A DNA stretch of 64,000 nucleotides, taken from NCBI RefSeq assembly GCF_006345805.1, contig NC_042998.1, positions 204,352,001 through 204,416,000 of the forward strand, given 5' to 3'. The notes beneath the pieces were generated by a model that saw only the letters and a list, made by a program, of their open reading frames with translations, made no database searches and had not been told where the DNA came from. This stretch comes from Octopus sinensis. Lineage: Eukaryota. Positions within the stretch are counted from its first letter, which is position 1; the number at the start of each line of letters is the position of its first letter. The position numbers and the translations under genes were made by a program. Shown here in pieces: positions 1 to 12,440 of this stretch.

Positions 1-370
1 GGAGGCAATGACGAATGACCGAGACGTTTGTTGATGTAGCACATTGGGCGATATGCTGTGCTTGAGAAGACCTGCCAAGCCAAGTGAAATGGTGGCCATG
101 GCCAATGCCAGTGCCGTCTGACTGGCATGTAAAACGCACTGTTTGAATGTTGGACCTCACGGAGGCAGTGACAGGTGACCGAAACCTTTGGCATACACTG
201 TTGGAGTGGTCGGCATTAGGAAGGGCATCCAGCTGTAGAAACCTTGGAACCTGGTGCAGCTCCTCAGATTGGAATCAGATTGGAGCCTGGTGCAGCTCTT
301 CGGTTGACCAGTTTTCAGTCGAACTGTTTGAACCCTAGAAAACATGGAAAGCAGACATTAAACGATGATT
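1..370 (+). mobile_element. RTE-clade LINE 3' end (last codons plus 3' UTR ending in (GAT)n)
   Basis: Matches the 3' part of the RTE fragment at 49976-50815 (tatgctgtgcttgagaagacc...ggagtggt.ggcattaggaagggcatccagctgtagaaa...gacattaaacgatgat). Confidence 0.7.
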
Positions 371-693
371 AGACTGCAACCATGCTGGGAAGGTTTTGAC
401 CAAATGAATCCACCCCAGACCTTCCATTCTGGTTTTTTAAAGCCTGATATTTTTATCAGTCACTTTTGCCACACCATTTGTGAAGCAGTGGTGGGGACAA
501 TCAGAGATTTAACCACCACACACACACACATACACATACAACAGGCTTCTTTCAGTTTCCATCTTCCGAATCCACTCACAAGGCTTTGGTCGGTTTGCGG
601 CTATAATAGAAGACACTTGGCCAAGGTGCCACACTGTGAGACTGAACCTGGAACCATGTGGTTGGGAAGCTAGCCACATGGCCACACCTGCAT
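367..693 (-). mobile_element. tRNA-derived SINE, family A (degenerate copy)
   Basis: Contains the family core cttctttcagtttccatct...aatccactcacaaggctttgg...ccaaggtgccac...gactgaacctggaaccatgtgg, seen more than 15 times in the window. Confidence 0.75.
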
Positions 694-734
694 ATACATA
701 TCAAATATACAACTCAAATATACATGCATGCATA

Positions 735-1033
735 TCTTTATATATAAAAGTGAGGTTGTGTGCTGTCTGTCTCCTACGATTTAGATTCCTAACTACTCCC
801 ACATTTTGCGGTGCAGTGTAACCAAAAGCGGGTATCTTATAGTCGTGATTCATATTGAGCCCTTCTGGGTATTAGCGCACGTCTACAATGAGTCTACAAT
901 TTTTTTTTTAATTTACCATCATTTTTTTCCATTTTTAATGCATTTTTTTGCTATTTTTTGGCTATAACTCTCTAGAAATGCTTATATAGTTATTTCCCTT
1001 ACAAACCTGAGCAACGCCGGGTGATACTGCTAG
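735..1033 (+). mobile_element. Non-autonomous Helitron, body type 1
   Basis: A|TC start (TCTTTATATATAAAAG), subterminal hairpin cctgagcaacgccggg, CTAG|T end, no TSD. Near-identical to 10510-10897 and 28836-29221. Confidence 0.85.
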
Positions 1034-1614
1034 TATATATATAAATATACACACACACTACACACCCAGACATCTCACAGTCTGATTAAGTGAATGTAGA
1101 TGGGGGTTGTGGGGAAGACAACATTGAGTCTAAAACAGCTGAAATATTTACATCCATCCAGCAACAGTAGTAGTAGTAGTAGTAGTAGTAGCAGCAGCAG
1201 CAGCAGCAGAATTGTGTTCTCTGAGAGTCTTTCTTGTCATTTTGTTTTCTGCCACTGCTGCTTGGTGCCTTCTACCATTTGAGAAATTGTTGGCTTTCTG
1301 CTGCTACTACTACTACTACTACTCTATGTAATCTAATAGTGTTACTAGTTAATCCTCCCCCCCCCCCACCCCCACTGCTGCTGCCTCTCTCTCTCTCCTT
1401 CTCTCTCTCTCTCTCCCTCCCTCCCTCCCTCTCTCCTGTCTCTCGTAATTCTATACTCTCTATTCCTCTGGACTCCTGCATTCAAACAATACCATCTTAC
1501 CATCTTCTCACAGACAAATTCATCCAGCCTCCTCATCTGTTCCTTCCTCTCAACTCTCTCACATCAATTCCCCATCAAAACACTCAAAGCACCTTTTGTG
1601 CTTCTCTGCCTTTC

Positions 1615-1970
1615 ACTTGTTTCAATTATTAAACTGTGACCAAGCTGGAGCACCACCTTCAATTATTCTTTCTAGTCAAACAAATCGACCCCCCCTCCAG
1701 TATTTTTTTTTTTGCAAGCCTGGTACTTATTCTATCAGTCTCATTTGCTGAACCACTAAGTTACAGTGGCGTAAACAAGCACAAAGACATGCTCACAGGT
1801 ATTTATGTATGACAGGCTTCTTTCAGTTTCCGTCTACTATATCCACTCCCAAACCTTTGGTCAGCCCAAGGCTATGAGATGAAGACTCTTGCCCAAGGTG
1901 CCATTCATTGGGACTGAACCCGGAACCATGTGGTGGGAGACAAACTTCTTTACCATACAACCACACCTAT
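1615..1970 (-). mobile_element. tRNA-derived SINE, family A
   Basis: Colinear with the intact copies at 3035-3445 and 61804-62200. Confidence 0.75.
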
Positions 1971-2279
1971 GTGTGTGTGTGTGTGTGTGTGTGAGGCAGA
2001 TGAATGGTTTGTCTTTACCTGACAGGTGAGGGTGGGAAATATCGACCAGACAGGAATGTCAAATGTGTTGACAATGTTTAACTTGAATTTGTGAACGTTT
2101 ATCATCATCATCATTGTCATCATCATTGTCCAGTGTTTTAAATCCGGGTTTTGACCCCTTTAACGGGGTTGGCCAGATCTACCTCAATACCATTCTCCTT
2201 TGGTGCCCATTCTCCTTTGCTATCATGAAGCTTTTGGGAGCTGGATTTTCTATGGGGAGCATGCCCTTGCTTACCCCCG

Positions 2280-2790
2280 TCCTTAGTTTCCAGACATGAG
2301 TGGTCCCGAGACCAAGGCCTCTACCATGATTTTTAAGAAATGTGGTGGAAAACTAGCTGAGGAAGGTAGGGATGCTACTCCCTGAGACCCCTTTCCGAGC
2401 CTCACTAATGACTCTAAAAATAAAGGAGCTGTGAAGTAGGTCTGAAGAGATTTAAAGTTGTCAAGACATGAAAATATGAGCAAAAGATTTGTGAATGAGG
2501 GCAGTGCAGGGAGGAGCAGAAGGGGACGAAGGCCATTGGAGTGGGTGTGGGTTTGTTGGCAGGAGATGGAAGTGTGAACCATTTTGGTAGAAGACAAGGA
2601 GGCAAGAGCAGGTCTGTGAGTGCAAGGGTCAGAGCATGAGTATGAAATAGCCACTGCTCCAGCTGGGCTGATATATGAGCAAGTCCTTAAGGAGCAGAGC
2701 AAACTTGGGGTTCGTAAAAGATCAGCAGATGGTGAGTGATACAATATTGGATTGCCAGAGAAATTCATTTGCTTTGTTTGTTTGTTTTCT
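2280..2790 (-). pseudogene. Possible highly degraded LINE (CR1/Jockey-like) C-terminal remnant
   Basis: Minus-strand translation contains HRPALASL, loosely like the HRRxVASLxxFY motif at the end of such ORF2s. Frameshifted; weak similarity only. Confidence 0.25.
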
Positions 2791-3034
2791 AATTGGTACT
2801 CCATCATCATCATCATCATCATCATATGTATGAAAAGAGGTAAAATTTATTCAGATTTTTAAAAAAGGAGCAAACGAAAGTGATTGAAGGATTTTCTTTA
2901 TGTAATCTATGCCTGATGACATTACAGCTTCCTTGCCATTCTTGTGCAACCAGTTCTTGATATTCTCCATCCGTAACACCCTTTACATGCCTCTTCATCC
3001 ACTACTCTCTACTCTTCCTCACATACTCTCTCTT

Positions 3035-3445
3035 TTACTCTTTACTCTTTTACTTGTTTCAGTCATTTCACTGTGGCCATGCTGGAGCACTGCCTTTAGT
3101 CGAGCAAATCAACCCCAGGACTTATTCTTTGTAAGCCTAGTACTTGTTCTACGTGTTCTCTTTTTCCGAACCGCTAAGTTTCGGGGACGTAAACACACCA
3201 GCATCGGTTGTCAAACGATGTTGGGGGGACAAACACAGACACACAAACATATACACACATACACACATACATATATATACGACGGGCTTCTTTCAGTTTC
3301 CATCTACCAAATCCACTCACAAGGCTTTGGTCTGCCTGAGGCTATTGTAGAAGACACTTGCCCAAGGTGCCACGCAGTGGGACTGAACCCGGAACCATGT
3401 GGTTGGTAAGCAAGCTACTTACCACACAGCCACTCCTATGCCTAT
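3035..3445 (-). mobile_element. tRNA-derived SINE, family A, full length
   Basis: On the minus strand: head GGAGTGGCTGTGTGGTAAG...GGTTCCGGGTTCAGTCCC (A/B-box-like), internal (TA/TG)n, and tail ...ggccacagtgaaatgactgaaacaagtaaaagagtaaaga. Confidence 0.9.
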
Positions 3446-4296
3446 GATCATTCTCTTTTTTTCCTTTTCAAACCTCTGCTTCTTCGAATTTAGCTTTGAC
3501 GGACAATCTTTCATTTTTTCCACAATGTTCAGCAGGAATGGCTTTATTTAAAAAAACATAACAATAGAAATATTTTTCATTCAAATGAGATCAGAAACGA
3601 TTTTTAAAAAATGAAGAACAAAAATTCATTTGGCAATCCAAGAGTTTGTTTATGAAGAAATGAAAATCTTTTCCTTGATCCTTTTAAAATATCAACTTGT
3701 TCCCTCTGTACGTCGAAATCTCTCACTTGGCACAAAGCCACACCCCTGCAAAAGCCACTCCTTACCTCCCCTCCCACTTGAGGGGTTCTTGTCTTACAAG
3801 GTACCTGCTGATCTTGTCAGTGCTGGTGCCACCTAAAAAGCACCGTTTGTACACTCTGTAAAGTGGTTGGCATTAGGAAGGGCATCCAGTAACCATAGAA
3901 ACTATGCCAAATGCGGCTGGAACCTGGTGCCCTTGCCAACTCCTGTCACACCATCCAACCCATGCCAGCAAGGTAAACAGACGTTAATTGGCAGTGGTGG
4001 TGGTTTTCTCAAAGAAATGTCATATTGGCTGAAATAACAATGTAGCACCGCTTTTGGAAAGATGGCAAATATTATGAACTCCATAGAAATAGTGTGAAAA
4101 AATGTGATAAGGTTTCATGTTTCTGGTAGAATTCTTTGGAGGAAGACTTTTAGGAATGTACTTTAGTTGCATGTCTTGGTATTAAGATCAGAAAGTGGAA
4201 TGTTGTCCTTTATAAAGGGAGAGGTTCCATGATCTAATTCTTCTGGTAAAACCTCCAAGTATCAATGCACACTGTTTCCAATATACATCATCTTTT

Positions 4297-4497
4297 ATTC
4301 TTTAGCTTGTTTCAGTCATTAGACTGTGGCCATGCTGGAGCATGAGTTTTTAGTCGAATGAAGTGACTAAAATTTACATTTTATTTTGGTGCTTATTCCA
4401 TCAGTCTCTTTTGCCAAACAACTAATTGTGGGGGCATAAACATATCACCAGTTGTCAAGCGCTGGTGATGGGACAAACACAGACACAAAAGTGTGCG

Positions 4498-4553
<56 letters not shown>

Positions 4554-4707
4554 GAATAAATGAAAGAATGGAGTCGAACGGATTTCCACACAAGAACCCA
4601 GAGTTTCTACCCTTAACAGGTCGCTTCAACCGTGTTTTCTGACGTGAATTTGCTACCCAGGTATCGGTTAAACGAATTTTCCATGCTAGGATAATTCATT
4701 CACCTAC

Positions 4708-4761
<54 letters not shown>

Positions 4762-4925
4762 CGACAGGATTCTTTCAGTTTCCTTCTATCAAATCCACTC
4801 TCAAAACTTTGGTTGGCCTGTGGTGGTCATAGTAGAAAACACTTTCTCATTGTGCCATGCACTGAAACCAAACCTGGAAGCGTGTGGTTGGGAAGCAAGC
4901 TTCTTACCAAACAGCCACGCCGGCC
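4297..4925 (-). mobile_element. Family A SINE with a ~160-bp foreign insert (4553-4710) in its internal (TA)n
   Basis: SINE tail at 4297-4490 and head at 4760-4925 flank (TA)n-insert-(TA)n. Confidence 0.75.
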
Positions 4926-4959
4926 CCTCTTCCAGAACCACCATTTGACATCATCAGCC

Positions 4960-5215
4960 AATCTATGAATCTACAACATTTAACGATATTCAGAAGGATC
5001 TGAGAATATAAGCCATTTAACTAGGTTAACCAATTAATACGTGCCATTTAAACTATGCTGGAGATTCTAAGAATATATGCCATTTATCTAAGAATATATG
5101 TCACGTAAAGATATTAAAGAATCTCAGACTATAATTTAGTGATGCTAACCAATCTAAGAATATATGTCATTTAAGTGTGTTGAAGAGAATCTAAGAATAC
5201 TTGTGCCATTTAACA
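4960..5215 (+). repeat. Degenerate minisatellite (motif ATCTAAGAATATATGCCATTTA with variable linkers)
   Basis: About 6-7 imperfect copies of the motif, roughly 20-45 bp apart. Confidence 0.6.
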
Positions 5216-5546
5216 GAAGGGTTGCCGCTGCTGCTGCTAAATTCTGACCTCATTGGTTAGGATCGCAGACCAGGGTGCATACACAAACACACACACACAC
5301 ACAGGCACATGTGCATATATCTCTCATACATGCACAAGCATGTACACACACACACATATACATTATTAGAGGAGGGGTGACCAACCTTGCTGTCCCCCAC
5401 ACTAACCCCATAACCCTTGCCCCTATTTGCAACTCGTGCACTAAACCGTCTGACCAGAAATGCAACAAAATGCATTTTGTTGCAACTCTGGTGATCTTAC
5501 TCGGAATTCCCGGTAGGAACTTCTGTAAAGTTCAGTATATATACTG

Positions 5547-5887
5547 TATATAAGAAAAAGGGACAGGCAACAGGTTGCTTGGCTGCATACCGAAAAAGTA
5601 GAAATAGCAGTCAAGAATGCTTATTTCTATTTCCACAAGTGGGGCTCCACACACGACAAACCCTGCAATTCACATATGCAAAACAGAAGGAATAGATAAC
5701 GAAAACGAAGTCTGGCGGTTATCTGCGAACATCAGGTTTCTGGATTATAAACATAGTGAATATATATTTCATATATACTTTTGATATATATTTCTTGTGG
5801 AAAATAGAAATAAGCATTCTTGACTGCTATTTCTACTTTTTCGGTATGCAGCCAAGCAACCTGTTGCTTGTCCCTTTTTCTTATATA
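5547..5887. repeat. Long inverted repeat (arms 5547-5639 and 5794-5887) bounded by TA runs
   Basis: About 93-bp arms that are reverse complements with one substitution and one 1-nt indel; 154-bp spacer. Confidence 0.9.
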
Positions 5888-6161
5888 TATATATATATAT
5901 TCATTTTTTAAATGTCTTGCTTTGAAAAACTGCATTGGGTATGATTAGTGAAATTTTTGGTAGAAATGACTTATGTCCCTCTTAGTGTGAGGCATTTACG
6001 TGTAATAATGCCCTCTATATAATAGAAATTAATATGTTCAAAAGAAAAAATTATTTTCGAATTTTTTCTCTTATGAGGTTTTTCACGCTATCTGCCTGAT
6101 AATTTCTTGTTAAGATTCCTTATTAAGAAGTTATCCTTAATTGTTAAATTTATATATATAT

Positions 6162-6294
6162 ACTAAGTGGACATCCAATATGCTATTTGTATATTTTCAT
6201 CTGTCTTACCTGCTTATGTTCTCTAGAGAACTTTCTTTTCTTTGTAGTTAGATCGTAGGTGATCTTCTTCTAGCATATTGGATGTCCACTTAGT
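6162..6294. repeat. 24-bp perfect inverted repeat starting at a (TA)n edge
   Basis: actaagtggacatccaatatgcta (6162-6185) and tagcatattggatgtccacttagt (6271-6294). Confidence 0.85.
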
Positions 6295-7030
6295 GGTTAT
6301 CATTTCCTATACGCATGTATTACAATTTTTCTGAATTTTCAGGTTTTTCTATATGCTAAGCTACTGGTTTTAAATTGATATTAATTAAATTCATATTCAA
6401 TTTATCACCCTCATTATTTAAATTTTATATACATATAAATATATATATCTATATATAGTTTGTTGGTCGTCTAACCCTAAGTGAGTCTTGATTGAGTAAG
6501 GGAGCCTATGGCTGCTATGTCTAGCAAGTCGATCTTCGTCATCATCCTTGTTGCTGAAATCTAGCTTCTACATCTGGCTATGATCACCAACATTCTTTTC
6601 TTTATTAAAATCATCATCATCATCATCATCATCTTCTTCTTCTCCTCCTCCTTCTCCTTCTTCTTCTTCTCCTTCTCCTCCTTCTCCTTCTTCTCCTTCA
6701 TCAAACAGTTCATTTGATATTTGTTTTGTTTTAGATTTTGTTATCGTTGAGGTTAGGAGGATTACCTTGAACCGTTCTCTCTCTCTCTCTCTCTCTCTCT
6801 CGTTCTCTGCCTGCTTATCTTTTTCTCCTCTGACCCCCTCCCCTCCTGAAGCTTTTGCTTGAGTGTCCCTTTCCCTGCCCTCAACGCCACAGGATCTACC
6901 CCCTATCTCGTATCGATCTTGCCCAGCCACGCCCGGCTCCCTGTGAGAAACAATCCGTTGGAAGCAGAGCAGGATGGATGTCTTCGATCGATGCTGGCAT
7001 CAACTTTGATGGGCTGTCAGAAGCGACTAA

Positions 7031-7070
7031 GCTCTCTCTCTCTCTCTCTCTCCTCCTCTTCTCTCCTTCT

Positions 7071-7102
<32 letters not shown>

Positions 7103-7216
7103 CTCTCTCTCTCTCCTTCTCTCTCTCTCTTCTCTCTCTCTCCTCTCTCTCTCTCCTCTTCTCTCTCCTCTCCTTCTCTCTCCTCTCTCTCTCTCCTTCT
7201 CTCTCTTCTCCTCTCT

Positions 7217-7249
<33 letters not shown>

Positions 7250-7300
7250 CTCCTTCTCTCTCTCTCTCTCTCTCTCTCTCCTCTCCTCTCTCTCTCTCTA

Positions 7301-7364
<64 letters not shown>

Positions 7365-7415
7365 CCTCCCCCATCTCTCTACTTCTCTCTCTCTCTCTCT
7401 ACCTCTCTCTCTCTT
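7031..7415. repeat. Imperfect (CT)n polypyrimidine tract
   Basis: About 385 bp almost entirely C/T; explains the spurious SL- and ER-rich ORFs. Confidence 0.95.
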
Positions 7416-7535
7416 ACTCTCAATTCCTTCTCCTGTAGGCACATGGCCTGTAATTGTAGTGTGTGTGTGGGGGGGGGGGGGTGCTTGGCGATTACCACGA
7501 TCCCCACTACCTGACTGGTATATTTTATTCTGTCG

Positions 7536-7770
7536 AAGGCGGCGAGCTGGCAGAATCGTTAGCACACCGGGCGAAATGCCAAGCGGTATTTCGTCTGCCG
7601 CTACGTTCTGAGTTCAAATTCCGCCGAGGTCGACTTTGCCTTTCATCCTTTCGGGGTCGATAAATCAAGTACCAGTCACGCACTGGGGTCGATATAATCG
7701 ACTTAATCCGTCTGTCTGTCCTTATTTGTCCCCTCTGTGTTTATCCCCTTGTGGGTAGTAAAGACATAGG
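7536..7770 (+). mobile_element. tRNA-derived SINE, family B, full length with TSD
   Basis: AAGGCGGCGAGCTGGCAGAATCGTTAGC...GAGTTCAAATTCC head and central GTCGACTTTGCCTTTCATCCTTTCGGGGTCGATAAA..AAGTACCAG domain; flanked by direct repeat ggtatattt(t)attctgtcga. Confidence 0.9.
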
Positions 7771-8486
7771 TATATTTATTCTGTCGACCTCAAAACACTG
7801 AAGAAGGCGATGACAGCTTCTCAAATATTATCTGTTCCAGGGTAGATAACTCTGTCTTGCCTGTTCGAAACCTAATTCCATTTCACAGGTTTACATTTAT
7901 TATTTCGTGTGTGTTTGTGATTTGCTATTTGCAACAAAGCACAACAATACGAAGCAATAATTACTTCCTATCGTTGATTAATTATTTACGGCTCTTTATT
8001 TCCAGAGTTCGAATCTTACTGTGGCTCAATTTGATTTTTTTCATCCTTCCATGGACCAATAAAGCACGTAATCGGCAAACTCTCACCGCCACAGCCCACA
8101 GGGAAGTAAAACTTTACTGGCCCCTGCTTCTGTATAAGAAATCGATGGGGAAGAAGTTGTGTGGCGGCGGCGGCGGGGGGGGGGGAATGCCCTCCTCCTC
8201 CTCCCCCTGTAAATTTGTTGAAAGCTGGTTGACACTGATTGCTGTGACCTTAATGAACGAACACCTGTAGACTAGGAAATGACAGCTGAGTAAGGACATT
8301 CTCCCCTGGGGGAGGGGTCATGCTAATTCGGTGTCTATGGAGTTCCTTGATTCACTACCTGCCGCCACTATTGGCCTGTCCCTTATCTTATGTCAACTCC
8401 TCTCCCCTCCTCCCCTGCCATTCTACCCTTTCCTTTTGTACCATCCAAATTCTTCTTGAAGTTTAGTGGCTAAGAAAGAAATTACC

Positions 8487-8718
8487 CATTTCTTTATTAC
8501 CCACAAGGGGATAAACACAGAGGGGACAAACAAGGACAGACAAAGGGATTAAATCGATTACATCAACCCCAGTGCGTAACTGGTACTTAATTTATCGACC
8601 CCAAAAGGATGAAAGGCAAAGTCTACTTCGGCGGAATTTGAACTCAGAACGTAGCGGCAGACGAAATACTGCTAAACATTTCGCCCGGCATCCTACCGAT
8701 TCTGCCAGCTCAAGGCCT
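8487..8718 (-). mobile_element. Family B SINE with ~24-bp TSD
   Basis: Reverse complement of 7536-7770; flanked by tttagtggctaagaaagaRattacc on both sides. Confidence 0.9.
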
Positions 8719-9164
8719 TTTAGTGGCTAAGAAAGAGATTACCATCGTCATCATCATTGGCTCATCACATACAATACTTTCTGTCGTGTCTTCTTTGGTT
8801 GCCCTCTTCCACAACTTCCGTCTACTTCAAACACTTGGACATTTCTTCCTCCAGTTCCTATCCCACCCCCACATCCTCTCCTCCTCACTCATTCTCATTT
8901 CCTCTTCTCTCCTGCAACGTCCTTTTCCAGCCTTTTTTTAAAAAAAGCACCTGTCTCATATAACAAAGCATCAAACCACTTCTCCCCTTGCTACTGCCCT
9001 CAGTCAAGTAATCCATGACCATCACCTCTTAACATGGCGTGCAATACATCTGATATTTTCCTACTCAATGTGTTCTGTCTTTTAAAATATTACTGGATGT
9101 GATTCGGGAATGATTTCCATTTCTGTTTGATCCGCTGACAATGGAGAGGCTCTCTCCTTCTGAA

Positions 9165-9375
9165 ATGTTTCAGTCATTTGACTGTGGCCATGCTGGAGCA
9201 CCACCTTTTAGTCAAGCAAATCGACCCCAGGACTTATTCTTTTGTAAGCCTTAGTACTTATTCTATCGGTCTCTTTTTGCCGAACCGCTAAGTTACGGGA
9301 ATGTAAACACACCAGCATCGGTTGTCAATCGATGCTGGGGAGACAAACACAGACACTCAAACATATACACACACA

Positions 9376-9435
<60 letters not shown>

Positions 9436-9603
9436 TATACGACGAGCTTCTTTCAGTTTCCATCTACCAAATCCACTCACAAGGCTTTGGTCGACTCGAG
9501 GCTATAGAAGAAGACACTCGCTCAAGGTGCCACGCAGTGGGACTGAACCTGGAACCATGTGTTTGGGAAGCAAGCTACTTACCACACAGCCACTCCTGCA
9601 CCT
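9165..9603 (-). mobile_element. Family A SINE, full length, expanded internal (TA)n
   Basis: Colinear with 3035-3445. Confidence 0.9.
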
Positions 9604-10509
9604 ATAATGTAATGTAATTAGAATAATTTAATTAATATAAAGAATATTAATTACAATTTGAGTTTTAATTCAAACAACACTTTTTTTTATAAATCCATAA
9701 AACAGAATATATTTGTGTGTTTAGTGGAAAAGTTCTTTTGGAAGATCCCAAACTGTGTACGGAGAATTTGGATGGGAAAAATTTCAGACTGTGTTTTAGG
9801 ATTATGGTAGTTGTATAATGGGAGGAATGTGGACTAAAAGGGAGCTGGGATTGAACACAGAACTATATGACTACAAAACAAACTCAATACCTCCACAGCC
9901 ATGGATAATCAAAGACAATGCAACTGTGACCACCCTGTCTTTCTGTAAAATAGGAACTATATTCTCCAGTACAGCTTCAATGAGATTAAGCTGCTACTTT
10001 TAATGAGTCAAGTGACTAGAGACTGTCTTGTTGGTTCAATACTGACCTGGTCCCTCATTTAACCCTTTTCATATTAGTCTTCCTGTAGGGCTGCAAACCT
10101 TGCAGGCCAAAATGTTTAACTCTATTTCATGTCCTTACGTTCTAAGTTCCAATCCTGCCTCGATCGCCTTTGCTTTTCATTCTCTCAGGGACAATAAACT
10201 GAGGTTTATGTAATCAGTTTACTCGCTTCCCCCCAATATTGCTGGCTTTGTGCCAAAATTTGAAACTAGTTTTAATCTACTTGAGTTCCCCTCCCCCCAC
10301 TTCCAGTTTTAAGGGGATTAAATTAAAGCCCCCCATCAAAATCCCATCTGGATTTATGTTCCAAACTTCAGCTTAATTAACCACAAATTTATTTTACTAA
10401 ACGATTCGTTATTTTCAAAATTAATTGAAATAAAGGCAACACAAAGATGGTAACAAAAGTTATGACAGAACCAAAGTATTAAGAGGCAGTGACCAGGGAC
10501 CAAATCACA

Positions 10510-10897
10510 TCTTTATATATAAAAGTGAGGTTGTGTGCTGTCTGTCTCCTACGATTTAGATTCCTAACTACTCCCACATTTTGCGGTGCAGTTTAACCAA
10601 AACCGGGTATCTTATAGTCGGGATTCATATCGAGCCCTTCTGGGTATTAGCACGCGTCTACGATTTAAAAAAAATTTACCATCATTTTTTCCATTTTAAT
10701 GCATTTTTCCGCTATTATATAAGGGAAGTAACGCTCTAAAAATGTCTACAATGAGTCAACGATTTTTAAAAAAATTTACCATCATTTTTTTTCCATTTTT
10801 AATGCATTTTTTTGCTATCTTTTCGCTATATCTCTCTAAAAATGCTTATATAGTTATTTCCCTTACAAATCCGAGCAACGCCGGGCGATACTGCTAG
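10510..10897 (+). mobile_element. Non-autonomous Helitron, body type 1 (with internal duplication)
   Basis: A|TC...ccgagcaacgccggg hairpin...CTAG|T; the block aaaatttaccatcattttttccattttaatgcatttt occurs twice. Confidence 0.9.
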
Positions 10898-11659
10898 TGT
10901 TTTATATAAGAGATATATCAATATGATATCGTTTCCCGTAATAACAGCTGCTGAATGCCTGGTTTTTCTGCCTCTGAGTGTTCACAAAATTGCTTTCTGG
11001 TCAATAGGAGTTACCTCCCTTCTGTTCATTCTTCCTCCTCTCCTCGCGAAGCAGAGATCTTGAGAATTTTCTCCTTTTCTCTTCTCCCACAAATTTGCAC
11101 TGCAATCTTATAACACATAATTTTAGGGTTTCGAACCTAAAACCTTTCAATTCATTCTCAACAACTTGCCATGCAGGTGTGGCTGTGTAGTAAGAAGTTT
11201 ACTTCTCTACATGGATCCAAGTTCAACCTGGGGCAAGTATTTTTTACTGCCTACCAAAACCTTGTCAGTGGATTTGGTAGATGGAAACTGAAAGAAGCCC
11301 GTTGTGTGTGTGTGATTGTGTCTCTGTTTGTCCTTAGCCACTGCTTGACAACCTGGGGTTGGTTTGTTTATACTCCCATAACTTGGCAGTTCATCAAAAA
11401 AATTCAGTACTCAGGTTGGTTTGTTAGACTCAAAATTCTTCAAGGCAGTGCCCCAGCATGACCTCAAGTTTAATGTCTGAAACAAGTTAAAGATAAAATA
11501 GATTAAAATCTCCAACTGTTCCCTAAATCTCTTGCTGTACCAAGAAGTTCTCTGTTGGCGCTGTGTTAAAAATGGTTGCTTGGTTTGATCAGGGAGAAGT
11601 ACCCGGGTGGAAGGTGTGTCATGCAGGGCAATCTATCAAATAATCCTGCCTAATCACTG

Positions 11660-11935
11660 ATCACGTGATCGACCAGGGTTTCAGATGTTGCACATCGCTT
11701 GTCACAATGCACTTTGCATCATTTTAGCTTTTGAACAATGCCACCCCTGGCAACTAGGTGGACATTTGCCCATGATTGGTCTGTTGCAGGGGTGGCCATT
11801 TACAACTGAGTGGACTGCACCAACATGAAATGAAGTGTTTCGCTCAAAAACACAATGTGCCACCCAGCCTGGGAATCGAAACCCTGATCACTAGAACATA
11901 AGTACAACACACCTAACCACTGAGCCACACACCTC
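11660..11935 (-). mobile_element. tRNA-derived SINE, minor family (degenerate)
   Basis: Minus-strand head gtgtggctcagtggttagg...ggtttcgattcccagg; tail resembles 28085-28170. Confidence 0.55.
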
Positions 11936-12123
11936 CACTCATACTATTGACCCCCATGTTACAAGGGTCCTTCACTGATTTTACTACTAGTACTACAACC
12001 ACTCCCATCAACGTCACCTCTCCGCACACTTCTTCCATCCCAGCTAACGAGAAGTGGTTAATTAAGACAAAATAAACTTTGAAGCTGTAAATGTCAATGT
12101 CATTATTTCTGTTTTTGTATATT

Positions 12124-12440
12124 GGATGCAGGAGTGGCCGTGTGGTAAGTAGCTTGCTTACCAACCAAATGGTTCTGGGTTCAGTCCCACTGTGTGGCAC
12201 CTTGGGCAAGTGTCTTCTATTATAGCCTCGGGCCAACCAAAGCCTTGTGAGTGGATTTGGTAGACGGAAACTGAAAGAAGCCCATCATGTGTATGTGTGT
12301 GTTTGTCCCCATAACTTAGTGGTTCAGCAAAAGAGACCAATAGAATAAGTATTAGGCTTACAAAGAAAACGTTCTGGGGTCGATTTGTTCAACTAAAAGG
12401 CAGTGCTCCAGCACGGCCGCAGTCAAATGACTGAGACAAA
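12124..12440 (+). mobile_element. Family A SINE (tail interrupted by a Helitron)
   Basis: Head ggatgcaggagtggccgtgtggtaagtagc; tail gactgagacaaa continues as tgaagataa after the Helitron. Confidence 0.85.

Noticed and set aside
2000-2031. ATG...CAG|GTGAGG mini-exon (MNGLSLPD)
   Set aside because: Very short, phase 2, directly next to a SINE and (TG)n; no other support.
3144-3409. Recurrent peptides such as DGLLSVSVYQIHSQGFG and RRASFSFRLPNPLTRLW in many ORFs
   Set aside because: Translations of the non-coding SINE A core, not a gene family.
4960-5215. Repeat-spacer pattern superficially like a CRISPR array
   Set aside because: Repeats are degenerate, spacers are short, irregular and partly similar, there are no cas genes, and the context is eukaryotic; better explained as an old minisatellite.
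6855-7611. Long Ser/Leu- and Glu/Arg-rich ORFs
   Set aside because: Translation of a (CT)n tract.
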